Source: an uncultured Verrucomicrobiae bacterium (GTDB lineage Bacteria; Verrucomicrobiota; Verrucomicrobiia; Limisphaerales; Palsa-1400). Taken from it: a stretch of 64,000 bases of DNA. Where the stretch lies: assembly GCA_963702845.1 (NCBI GenBank), contig OY969763.1, positions 928,001 to 992,000 of the forward strand, read 5' to 3'. Shown here piece after piece: positions 31,313-40,575 of this stretch (the first letter of the stretch is position 1; every line of letters starts with the position of its first letter). Under the pieces are notes generated by a model. That model saw nothing but the letters and a program-made list of their open reading frames with translations, searched no databases and had not been told where the DNA came from. Both the position numbers and the translations under genes were made by a program.

Positions 31313-33301
31313 GTGCTCAACAGGAATTTGCTTTGCATTTTTTTGTTTCTGATTGTCGCGGCTACGTTTTCATCTTCTCTCAGCAACGGTTTCGTCAACC
31401 TTGATGACGAGCAGTACGTTACGGCCAATACCCATGTCAAAACGGGCTTGACCCTGGACAATGTAGAATGGGCCTTTCAAACCGGTGAAACCGGCAACTG
31501 GCATCCGTTGACTTGGCTCTCGCATATGCTCGATTGCCAGATTTTCGGGTTAAAAGCCTGGGGGCATCACCTCACTGCTCTTTTGCTGCATTCGGTTAAT
31601 GCAGTCCTGTTGTTCCTCATTTTAACGAGGATGACCAGCGCGATGTGGCGAAGCCTTTTTGTTGCGGCGGTGTTCGCGTTGCATCCGCTCCGGGTCGAAT
31701 CGGTTGCGTGGGTGGCGGAGCGCAAGGATGTTTTAAGCACATTGTTTTTTCTACTGACCTTGTGGTGCTATGCGCGTTACACCAGTTCGCGAACTGCGCG
31801 GCTCAGCTATGGACTGGCATTGCTGTTCTTCGCCTTAGGCCTCATGTCAAAACCCATGCTGGTCACGCTGCCGTTTGTTTTGTTGTTGCTCGATTATTGG
31901 CCTCTCGACCGATTCAAAAATAAACAAATATGGCCTCTGGTGCGGGAAAAGATCCCATTCTTTGCGCTGGCGATCATTTCATCTTTCGTCACTTTTCTTG
32001 TCCAGAAGAAGGGTGGAACAGTTGCATCCATGGAAGCCGTCTCGATGGCCAACCGTTGGCAAAACGCAATTGATTCCTATGGCGGCTACCTGGCCAAAAC
32101 ATTTTATCCCGCAAACCTGTGCGCGTTTTATCCCTTCCCGGAGCACTGGCCCATTATCCCGGTTTTGCTGAGTCTCGGAGTTGTCTTGGTGATTTCTGTG
32201 GCGGCGTTGCTTTTGCGTGGGAAGAGCCCATATCTACCCGTCGGCTGGTTTTGGTTTTTGGGCACGCTTGTACCGGTGATTGGATTGGTGCAAGTCGGGC
32301 GTCAAGCGATAGCGGATCGGTACACTTATGTGCCTTCGATTGGATTGCTTATTCTGGTCGCCTGGGGCGTGTATCAGGTGACGCGCTCATGGTCCTCACA
32401 GAAAATTATTTTGGGCGTGGCCGCATCGACCATCGTCCTGGCGTGCGCGGTCGCAACACGCCAACAGATTCCAACCTGGAAAAACGGCGACGCCCTTTTC
32501 CAACGCGCAGCCGCAGTGACAAAAGAAAATTATTATACGGATTGGGTTTTGGGCACTTTGGCGATGGATAAAAGCGACGCGCCAAAGGCATTACAATTAC
32601 TTGGGCGATCGGTGGAGCTTTGTCCCAGTTTTCCGGACGCGCATGAAAGTTACGGAATCGCGCTGAAAAATGCCGGACGCACTGATGAAGCGATCCCGCA
32701 ATTGATTGAGGCATTGAGGTTGAAATCAAGTTTGCCGAGCGCGCACAAAAATCTGGGCCTGGCTTTGACTGCAAAAGGCCGGCAGAATGAAGCCATTGGC
32801 GAATTTCAAGCGGCCTTGCAAGTCGATCCGTCCGATGCCATCTCACACAATGGCTGGGGCAACGCGCTGGATTCCCTCAGTCGCGTGGATGAGGCTATGG
32901 AACATTATCGGTCCGCGATCAAGCTAAACCCGGACTATGTCAACGCGCATAAAAACATTGGCCGGGAACTATTCCGAAAGGGCCTCCTCGAGGAAGCCAG
33001 GATAGAATTTGAAACTGTCCTCCGCTTAAAAAGCGATGACGCCGAAGCTCACAATCAGCTCGGAAAAACCCTGGGTCGACTGGGACGAACGGACGAAGCA
33101 ATCAACCAATTCGAACAGGCAGCAAAACTGCGGCCGAATGATGCTGACGTCCGCGTTAACCTGGGCGTGGCATTCCAAAGCAAAGGAAAAATAGATGAAG
33201 CCATCAGCCAATTCCGCGAGGCGCTTAAACTGAGTCCAGATATGACGTTCGCCAAAAAAAACCTGGAAGCCGCCGTGAGCCTCAAAAGCACTCTTAAATG
33301 A
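31313..33301 (+). CDS. TMTC-like GT-C membrane glycosyltransferase with C-terminal TPRs
   Basis: FVNLDDEQYV; NWHPLTWLSHMLD; HPLRVESVAWVAERKDVL; SKPMLVT; ADRYTY; multiple TPRs. Start uncertain. Confidence 0.88.
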   Translation: MLNRNLLCIFLFLIVAATFSSSLSNGFVNLDDEQYVTANTHVKTGLTLDNVEWAFQTGETGNWHPLTWLSHMLDCQIFGLKAWGHHLTALLLHSVNAVLLFLILTRMTSAMWRSLFVAAVFALHPLRVESVAWVAERKDVLSTLFFLLTLWCYARYTSSRTARLSYGLALLFFALGLMSKPMLVTLPFVLLLLDYWPLDRFKNKQIWPLVREKIPFFALAIISSFVTFLVQKKGGTVASMEAVSMANRWQNAIDSYGGYLAKTFYPANLCAFYPFPEHWPIIPVLLSLGVVLVISVAALLLRGKSPYLPVGWFWFLGTLVPVIGLVQVGRQAIADRYTYVPSIGLLILVAWGVYQVTRSWSSQKIILGVAASTIVLACAVATRQQIPTWKNGDALFQRAAAVTKENYYTDWVLGTLAMDKSDAPKALQLLGRSVELCPSFPDAHESYGIALKNAGRTDEAIPQLIEALRLKSSLPSAHKNLGLALTAKGRQNEAIGEFQAALQVDPSDAISHNGWGNALDSLSRVDEAMEHYRSAIKLNPDYVNAHKNIGRELFRKGLLEEARIEFETVLRLKSDDAEAHNQLGKTLGRLGRTDEAINQFEQAAKLRPNDADVRVNLGVAFQSKGKIDEAISQFREALKLSPDMTFAKKNLEAAVSLKSTLK

Positions 33302-33409
33302 GGTGTGGAGAAGTCGATTCTCCACCATAAAAAAACCGCTAATCGCAACATTGTTAGGACTGCAACCTTTTTGCTGTAATCCGAACGTGCGATTGACGGG
33401 AAATTAAGG

Positions 33410-33425
33410 TGGCACAAAAATTGAT
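33410..33425 (+). promoter_or_regulatory. Possible sigma-54 promoter for the sulfatase gene
   Basis: TGGCAC-AAAAA-TTGAT (GG-N10-GA; non-consensus -12), 15 nt upstream of ATG 33441. Confidence 0.35.
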
Positions 33426-33440
33426 CCATAATTTAATGAC

Positions 33441-34865
33441 ATGAATAGGCTTTTTATTCTCTCGGTTCTTTTGCTGGTGACCATCCGCGGTTCCAATCGT
33501 GTAAGTGCAGCTCCCACTACACCTCAGTCGCCCGGTTACAACGTCTTGTTCCTCATGTGTGATGAGCATACCCCGAAGGTCCTGGGGTGTTACGGCGATC
33601 CACTGGTGAAAACGCCGACGCTGGATTCACTGGCTGCCCAAGGGGTGCGTTTTACTGCGGCCTACTGCCAAAATCCAATTTGTGTCCCATCGCGGGTGTC
33701 ATTTGTCAGCGGGCGGATGCCATGCCATATGAATGCATTTGGTTTCCGCAACACGGATAACCAGGCCTATCACGGAATCACTACGTTGGCCGATGTATTC
33801 AACGAAGGCGGCTACAAAACAGCGTGGCTTGGGAAGACTCATTGGGGAAACCCGCGGTTCCAGGAGGTTTTGGACGTCAAAAATAAAAAAGGGGCCAGTG
33901 ACGACGGCGAAGGCCCTGAGCGTTTGCCGCAAGACGCGAAAATCGCAAGCTGGCCGGTCGAAAAAAACCCGGAGCATTTGACTGCCAATGAAGCGCTCAG
34001 CTTTCTCGACCGCAACAAGGGCAATAAATTCTTCCTGGGTATCTCCTTCGTCAGGCCGCATTTCCCGTTCATTATCCAGGACAAGTACTACAATCTTTAC
34101 AAGGGAAAGGTCACTCTGCCCCGAGAAACCCAGGATTTGATCCAGGAACTGCCTGCCGTTTCCAAGCAGGAACGGAAGCGGTATAAACACGCTCAGGCTA
34201 CGGAGGCAGATATCCTGCGCGCCAGGGCGATGTACTATGGGATGGTCACTTATGTAGACGAAGAGTTCGGACGCATTCTCAAAAAGCTGGACGAACTCGG
34301 CCTCCGCGAGAACACGATCATTATTTATACGTCCGACCACGGCGAAATGCTCGGCAATCGGGGCATCTGGTACAAGAACAGTTTTTACGATGGTTCGGCC
34401 AGCATTCCGTTTATCTGGTCTTTTCCTAAAGAGCTTCCCCATGGAAAAATCGTCACAACCGCCGCGATGAACATGGATATTTTCCCGACGCTCTGTGAGC
34501 TTTGCAAACTGCCCACACCCGCCGGGCTGGAGGGCAGTAGCCTGGTGCCGGTAATGAAAGGCACAGACGATGGAAGCGCACGTTATGCTTTGTCAGAAAA
34601 TTATCGGGACGGTTTTGCCGGACGCATGATTCGCACTGCCCAATGGAAATACTTCTTCTACAACAAAGGCGGAGAATACCTTTACGACATGCGGGCCGAC
34701 CCCGGTGAAGAAGTGAACCTCGCGAAGAAGCCCGAATTGCAACAACTCGTACAGGATTTAAAGGCGAAAGCCATCGTTGGTTGGAAAACATCGGGCAAGA
34801 CCACTGCTGTCGCGAGCGCAACGGGCGATTCGGCAAAGACCGGCGGCAAGAAAAGGAAACAGTAA
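33441..34865 (+). CDS. Secreted formylglycine-dependent sulfatase (choline-sulfatase-like)
   Basis: FLMCDEH; CVPSR; GKTH; PHFPF; TSDHGEMLG; YLYDMRADPGE. Confidence 0.92.
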   Translation: MNRLFILSVLLLVTIRGSNRVSAAPTTPQSPGYNVLFLMCDEHTPKVLGCYGDPLVKTPTLDSLAAQGVRFTAAYCQNPICVPSRVSFVSGRMPCHMNAFGFRNTDNQAYHGITTLADVFNEGGYKTAWLGKTHWGNPRFQEVLDVKNKKGASDDGEGPERLPQDAKIASWPVEKNPEHLTANEALSFLDRNKGNKFFLGISFVRPHFPFIIQDKYYNLYKGKVTLPRETQDLIQELPAVSKQERKRYKHAQATEADILRARAMYYGMVTYVDEEFGRILKKLDELGLRENTIIIYTSDHGEMLGNRGIWYKNSFYDGSASIPFIWSFPKELPHGKIVTTAAMNMDIFPTLCELCKLPTPAGLEGSSLVPVMKGTDDGSARYALSENYRDGFAGRMIRTAQWKYFFYNKGGEYLYDMRADPGEEVNLAKKPELQQLVQDLKAKAIVGWKTSGKTTAVASATGDSAKTGGKKRKQ

Positions 34866-34907
34866 CAAGAATTGCAGGATGTCGCTTCGCTGGTCGGCGA
34901 TGCCGGG

Positions 34908-36555
34908 TCAAAGCATCGTCTTTTGCTATGCAACCCGCTTGCCCCACTTGGTTCGGGAGGCGCTTGCGTCTCGATTTGCGGGGTGCCATTCCCGTCGAAA
35001 CAGCGCACCGTAAAAGTATGTTTGCCGGGCCGAAACGGCCAGTCGTAGCGCCAGATCACCCACGTCAAATCTGACAAAGGCGCTCGCAAGGCGGCAGATT
35101 TCCACGGTCCATTATCGACTCGCACCTCCACTTTTGAAATTCCACGGACGCCGGCGTGAGCGATGCCGCCGATCGGCACGCGTTTTTTCTGATCCGCCGC
35201 AACAATCGTCATGTCCACGGCGACCGTGTCGATCACCGAGGTTGCCTTCATCCGCGCCTCTTTATCCCAACCTCGCTTGACCCAGTAACCTGGTTCCCAG
35301 TGATCTGTAGCTTCTATCGACTCGATCCATTTCGGTTGCTTCATCCCATGCACATTGGGAATGTAAATGCGCAGTGGAAAACCGTGGTCCCGCGTCAAAG
35401 GCACACCGTCCCAATCGTAAGCCAGCATAATTCGCGGGTCGGCGCGAATCGCTTCCAGCGCGACCACTTCGTAAAAATCATCCGCGCTGCGAATTTTCAG
35501 ATGTGTGGCTGCGGGTTGGAGCTTCAGGTTCGGCAATATGCGGTTGAAGCTCACCCCGCTCCAACGCGTCGTGCCGATGAGATCGCCGCCAACTGGATTG
35601 GAGATGCATGAAAGAGTGATAAACTGGTGCAGCGGTTCATAACGGCGCAGTTCCTCCAGCGTCAACGACAGCGGTTTTTCAACCAGACCGTTGACTTTCA
35701 ACCGCCACGTCCGCTCCTCGACGGCGGGCGGAATCGTATTGATGTCGATTCGGTAATGCCCTTCCAACGGCGTAAATTCCCGGCGTGTTCCCGGTGCCGG
35801 TTGCACTGCGGCCTCGGCGTTCGGCAGCGCATGGGTTGCCGGACCAACGAACACTTGCGGCGCGGGCCGCCTTCATTGCCTCTTGTCGGTGCATCTCAGC
35901 CAATTGGCCGACAACCGTCCCCGCTACTGTGATCACCGCTGTGCTGCCACCCAATCGAACGAGAAACCTGCGCCGGTCCAGACGTTCTGCCGAAGCGACA
36001 CTCTCGTCTGCGCCAGCCTCAATCTCAACCGGAGGACGGGACTGCCAGCCGTTTTGCTGCCCAGCCGAGAACGATCGCCCAGGCCAAAAACGACAACAAC
36101 ACCCAGATTCCGCTCATCCACGGTCCCCAGCTTGACGTTCGACCCTGCATATTGCTGACCAGCATCGCTGGAACGCCCAGGAGAATTCCCCACGCGGTGC
36201 CGAGGATCCACGCCCGACGCCTGTTCGAGCTCCGGACAAGACAGAAGAGAATCGATCCGGCGACAACCCCGGCGACAAGGAACCCAATGACCGCCATGCT
36301 CTGTTCAGCCAATTTGGCCACCTCCGAAGTCGGCCCGATGTTGAGCGCGCGGATTACGGTCACCATTGAGCCGATGCCAAATCGGATGAAAGATCCCGGC
36401 AGCACCCGAGTCAGCGCGTCAAAGAAATCGAAAGGCACAAACGGCAATCCGATCACAGCCCATCCGAAATAGAGAACCGCAATCAATGCGACAGTGAGAA
36501 ATCCAACGACAAAAACGCCGGTAAAAATGGATTCCTTATCCCGTGAAGTTTTCAT
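34908..36555 (-). CDS. Membrane-bound molybdopterin oxidoreductase (sulfite-oxidase family); three apparent frameshifts (pseudogene or assembly error)
   Basis: TM domain (ORF 36025-36570), then DRRRFL plus a TM (middle frame), then the Mo domain TLSCISNPVGG, HGFPLRI, GMKQPKW, GYWVKRGW. Shifts near 36030, 35840 and 34922. Confidence 0.8.
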
Positions 36556-36681
36556 AAATCCTTCATTCACGTTCCTCCCAAAGCACCCTCATGCCAGTCG
36601 CTGACAGTCCGCAAGCCCGCTCCTCCGTACCGGTGTAAACCCGATTCGTCCACTAAGTCTCAAACAGTTACACTACACTTA

Positions 36682-36709
36682 TTGACATGCCGTTGCTATA
36701 CTTTATAAT
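36682..36709 (+). promoter_or_regulatory. Consensus sigma-70 promoter with no annotated gene downstream
   Basis: TTGACA (36682-36687) N16 TATAAT (36704-36709). Confidence 0.6.
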
Positions 36710-36715
36710 GTCTTC

Positions 36716-36860
36716 GGCCGCCAGTCCTTACCGGTATTCGGGAGACAGAAAACCGGATGCGCTCTTTGACAAAAGTAGAAACATTTCCTTCTACAAATCT
36801 TCTCCGCTTGGCAACTAATTGCCGGAAGTAGAAGAAGCAAAACATTCCGATGATTTTTTT
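36716..36860 (+). ncRNA. Candidate structured small RNA (or 24-aa small ORF 36757-36831)
   Basis: Follows the consensus promoter; three hairpins; ends in a T7 tract. No family recognised. Confidence 0.35.
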
Positions 36861-36906
36861 GAGCGCCCCGCATCAGTTACCAAAACGCCAGTTTCCAACC
36901 GGCAGC

Positions 36907-39510
36907 CTACAACCAGCTATTGCCCGGAAACTTCCGTTGCAACGTCGGTTTCAGTTTCGGATACGCGTTCGTTTTGAACGCCGGCCAGTTGAAGGTCGAT
37001 TCAATGCGTTTGCCGTCGGGCGAGCACAGCCAAAGTTTTATCGGAACCTGCCCTTCACAAATGTGCGGGTGTTCCTTCAGGGCGAAACATTCGGTGATTT
37101 TCACCTGCAACTCCGGTGAATTCGGCTCGCCATCTTCGTCGCGCGCCTGTTCGGGATAAAGTAGTTTCAATTTGCGCTCGTCCGGCCAGGTGATCGTCAG
37201 CGGCGCAAGTTCGTTGAGCCAATCCATCTTGTCTTTGCCGAACTGTTCAACGATCGCATTGCGCAACGGCGCAGCCTGCGCTTCTTTCACCAATGTCATC
37301 CCGGCAAACGCCTTCGCCAACGCGTCGCTGATTGCTTTCGCATCGAACGCCGGCAGGTCCAAATCAGGCATGGCCGCCGAGACCAGATTGACGCGCGAAA
37401 TGAACTGTTTGATCTCGTGATTCAACTGCGGCAGCTCGAAATATTGTTGTGCATACGCGTCCGCCAGGCACCGGCCGGAAGCAACGGGATCGATCTCCTT
37501 TTGGTGCTCGTGATGAATGACGAGGTCGTGGAACCGGATCAGTTTGATCGCCGTCACGCGCTTGTGCGTGCGGTCGAAAAGATGCTCGACGCGCGTTGTG
37601 ATTTGTTCGGCAAACATCTCCTCGATCCACTCGCGCTTCACCGCCGTCGCGAGCCCGAGCAAGGTCATGTTCCCGGTGCGTCCGGCGACTTCCCGAATAC
37701 TCGTCACGACGAACAACGGCGAATCTTGCACCACACTCTCGCGCATGAGCGTTCCAGAACGGCCTTCGGTTAATTCACAATCCAAGGTCCCTTGATCGCG
37801 CCGCTTGCAAAGTTGATCAATGAATCCAGCCATAATACAGCGCAGCAAAAGATCGTCCGCCGAAGGTTGATGTTCGACAGCGGAGTCTTGTTTCTGGCCA
37901 TCGTCCCTCGACCTTCGACCCTCGACCAGACTGCGCTCCGCCACCTGCAAAATCTGCTCAAACGTCTCATTAACCTGTCGGGCAATTTGCGCGTGAACGC
38001 CATATCGACGACAACGATCCAGGGTGAAGTGATTGGTCTTCGCAAACTGCCACGCGCGCATGAGCGTGTAAAAATCCGAATCCGCGCTCGCCTCAAAAAG
38101 CTCTCGCGCTTCGGCGATGTGTTTGTCATCGCGCCCAAGTCGCATCAACAAATCGCGCCCGCTCACGAGCGCCGCACACAACGCCGCAGTGGGAATGCAC
38201 TTGTGTTTCGCGGCCTCAACCAACATGCGCGAATAGCGCGGGTGCATAGGCAATCGCAGCATCTGCCGGCCGATCGCCGTTAAATCCGATAACGAGCTGG
38301 AGCTTGAAATCGACAGTGCGCCAAGAGTTCGAAGCAGGTTCTCCGCGCGCTCGACCGCTTGTGCATCGGGTTTGTCGAGCCAATCGAACTGCGCCGCGTT
38401 TTTGATGCCGAGTGAATGAAGCAGTAAAACCGTCTCGGCCAAATCACTGCGCTGGATTTCAGGCGTGTTGCGTTCCGGCCGATTCAAATGCCCGCTCTCC
38501 GTCCACAAACGGTGACACGTCCCCGGCGCAGTACGTCCCGCGCGACCCGCGCGTTGGTCAGCCGACGCCCGGCTGATCGGCTCCAGAAACAAAGTGCTGA
38601 TGCCTCGTTCAGCATCATACCGCGCAACGCGCGCCAGGCCGCTATCGACCACGTGTTGAATACCGTCGATGGTCACCGAAGTTTCGGCAACATTCGTTGA
38701 GACAATAACTTTGCGCAACGGATTTGGTGCGAACGCCAAATCCTGCTCGTCCGGTTGCAACTCGCCGTGAAGCGGAATCAAAGCCAGCTTTTCACTGCTT
38801 TTAATCGTGCGGCACGCCCCCATGGTCGCGTTGATTTCCGCCATGCCCGGCATGAAAACGAGGATGTCACCCACTTCGTTGGACTTGAGGATGCGTTCGA
38901 CTTCATCCGCCGCCTGCTCGGTGATCGGCCGCTCGTCAGGGATGTCCAGGTGCTCGATTTGCACCGGATACGAACGGCCTTCGGAAATCATGATGGGACA
39001 ACCATCCAAATACTTCGCCACCGGCTCAGCATCCAAAGTCGCGGACATCACGCCAATCTTTAGATCAGGCCGATGCGTTTTTTGAATCTGTTTGGCGAGT
39101 GCCAGAGCGACATCACTCAAAAGATTCCGTTCGTGAAATTCGTCGAAAAGTATAATGCCCACGTCACTGAGCGTGGGATCATCCTGCAGCCAACGGAGCA
39201 GAATGCCTTCGGTGACAAAACAGATACGAGTCCCGAGACTGGTGTGGTCGTCGAATCGAATTTGATAACCGACCTCTCCACCCAGTTTCACTTTCCGTTC
39301 CCAGGCGACGCGTGCTGCGACGGTTCGTGCCGCGACCCTGCGCGGCTGTAGAACGACGATGCGCTTGGTTCCGGCAAGGCCCGCATCCAGGAGCATTTGG
39401 GGGACCTGCGTCGTTTTACCCGATCCGGTCGGCGCGACCAGCACCAGCCGATTTTGCGTTCGGAGCGAGTCAACGATTTGCGAATGGATTTGCCAAATCG
39501 GAAGTGCCAT
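36907..39510 (-). CDS. hrpB: ATP-dependent RNA helicase HrpB
   Basis: APTGSGKTT; QPRRVAAR; DEFHER; MSAT; STNVAETSVTIDG; QRAGRAGR; C-terminal YPKLKPTLQRKFP..W. Confidence 0.93.
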   Translation of the reverse strand: MALPIWQIHSQIVDSLRTQNRLVLVAPTGSGKTTQVPQMLLDAGLAGTKRIVVLQPRRVAARTVAARVAWERKVKLGGEVGYQIRFDDHTSLGTRICFVTEGILLRWLQDDPTLSDVGIILFDEFHERNLLSDVALALAKQIQKTHRPDLKIGVMSATLDAEPVAKYLDGCPIMISEGRSYPVQIEHLDIPDERPITEQAADEVERILKSNEVGDILVFMPGMAEINATMGACRTIKSSEKLALIPLHGELQPDEQDLAFAPNPLRKVIVSTNVAETSVTIDGIQHVVDSGLARVARYDAERGISTLFLEPISRASADQRAGRAGRTAPGTCHRLWTESGHLNRPERNTPEIQRSDLAETVLLLHSLGIKNAAQFDWLDKPDAQAVERAENLLRTLGALSISSSSSLSDLTAIGRQMLRLPMHPRYSRMLVEAAKHKCIPTAALCAALVSGRDLLMRLGRDDKHIAEARELFEASADSDFYTLMRAWQFAKTNHFTLDRCRRYGVHAQIARQVNETFEQILQVAERSLVEGRRSRDDGQKQDSAVEHQPSADDLLLRCIMAGFIDQLCKRRDQGTLDCELTEGRSGTLMRESVVQDSPLFVVTSIREVAGRTGNMTLLGLATAVKREWIEEMFAEQITTRVEHLFDRTHKRVTAIKLIRFHDLVIHHEHQKEIDPVASGRCLADAYAQQYFELPQLNHEIKQFISRVNLVSAAMPDLDLPAFDAKAISDALAKAFAGMTLVKEAQAAPLRNAIVEQFGKDKMDWLNELAPLTITWPDERKLKLLYPEQARDEDGEPNSPELQVKITECFALKEHPHICEGQVPIKLWLCSPDGKRIESTFNWPAFKTNAYPKLKPTLQRKFPGNSWL
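37858..37930. repeat. Heptamer-repeat palindromic element inside the hrpB coding sequence
   Basis: CCCTCGA CCTTCGA CCCTCGA CC with a degenerate inverted arm GCCGAAG GTTGATG TTCGACAG. Confidence 0.55.
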
Positions 39511-39551
39511 CGGACCAACCTATACTCAGAATGGAAACGTTGCAGTCCGTG

Positions 39552-39845
39552 CTACGACTTAGCCACGAACAGCAGAATGAGGACAACCAGCGATACGACC
39601 ATCATCATGCCAGCGGGCATGACCTTCTTGGTGCGGATGAACCGTGTGCCAAAAATGAGGAGGAGGAATCCGACAACAAGGTGGGCGACATACGGCTGTG
39701 TGATTTTCCCAAGCGCCACGAGTGCGAGGATCACCGCAAAGATTACGGAACTAATCAGCGAAATCCTGCTCTTCCCTTTGATGAATCCCATCAGGCCGCC
39801 GACGATGAGCAGCGCAACGTAAATCCAGATGACGTTAGTAAACAT
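39552..39845 (-). CDS. TMEM14-family small membrane protein
   Basis: YVALLIVGGLMGFIKGKSRISL; RFIRTKKVMPAG. Confidence 0.88.
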   Translation of the reverse strand: MFTNVIWIYVALLIVGGLMGFIKGKSRISLISSVIFAVILALVALGKITQPYVAHLVVGFLLLIFGTRFIRTKKVMPAGMMMVVSLVVLILLFVAKS

Positions 39846-40040
39846 CCCAGTAACTTTCCCTAATCGTCGTTGCCAGCCAAGCACCGATTTGGAGCCAGTT
39901 TTACTTGCCCATGAGGATGGCTGTTGCATAATCGTTCTACGCAAGTGTTGAGCCTTGTTCGCGGTTGCGACGTGTTCGTGACGGGTGGACAAAGTGAGTC
40001 AGTTTGAATGCCTTAATGCTTGGTTTATAGTTTGTGCGCT

Positions 40041-40117
40041 GCGCGCGTAGCTCAATTGGATAGAGTAACGGCCTCCGAAGCCGCAGGTTGTGGGTTCAAC
40101 TCCCGCCGCGCGCACCA
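40041..40117 (+). tRNA. tRNA-Arg(CCG)
   Basis: GCGCGCG acceptor stem; TAGCTCAATTGGATAGAG D-arm; anticodon loop CT-CCG-AA; GGTTCAACTCC T-arm; encoded CCA end. Confidence 0.96.
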
Positions 40118-40137
40118 TCTCAATATTTCCCTCCCAA

Positions 40138-40542
40138 ATGACAGATTTTTTCCCGAAACCCGGTGGTGGCCCTAAATCCGTCTTATTGCTCGAAGACGAA
40201 GGCGCTTTGACCGAAGTGCTCAAGGTCCATCTCGAGATGAACGCGTGGGAAGTCACCGCCGTCACCAACGGTGTGGATGGCCTGAAACACGTGCTGGAGC
40301 GGGATTTTGATATCATCGTCTGTGACATGATGATGGAGAAACTGGCCGGCGATATGTTTTACCTTGCGGTGGAGCGTTCCAAGCCACAATTGTGCAAGCG
40401 TTTCGTTTTCATGACCGGTTACAAAGGGAACCAGAAAATCGAAGATTTCATCCGCAAAGTTAATGGGTTGATGTTGTGGAAGCCATTCGAAGCCTACGAA
40501 CTGATTGACGCGATGAGGTCAGTTATGCAATCGAGGCGTTAA
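40138..40542 (+). CDS. Single-domain response regulator (receiver)
   Basis: LLLEDE; IVCDMMM; FMTG; LWKPF. Confidence 0.9.
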   Translation: MTDFFPKPGGGPKSVLLLEDEGALTEVLKVHLEMNAWEVTAVTNGVDGLKHVLERDFDIIVCDMMMEKLAGDMFYLAVERSKPQLCKRFVFMTGYKGNQKIEDFIRKVNGLMLWKPFEAYELIDAMRSVMQSRR

Positions 40543-40575
40543 CCAATTGCACTCATGGTGCGTCTCATCGATTGC

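Noticed and set aside
34682..34907. C-terminal extension of the Mo-oxidoreductase overlapping the sulfatase
   Set aside because: Better explained by a 1-nt loss in the T4 run; the repaired frame stops at 34908.
36581..36597. Sigma-54 promoter on the minus strand (TGGCAT...TGC); similar case at ~63219-63235
   Set aside because: GG-to-GC spacing is 9 and 11 nt rather than the required 10.
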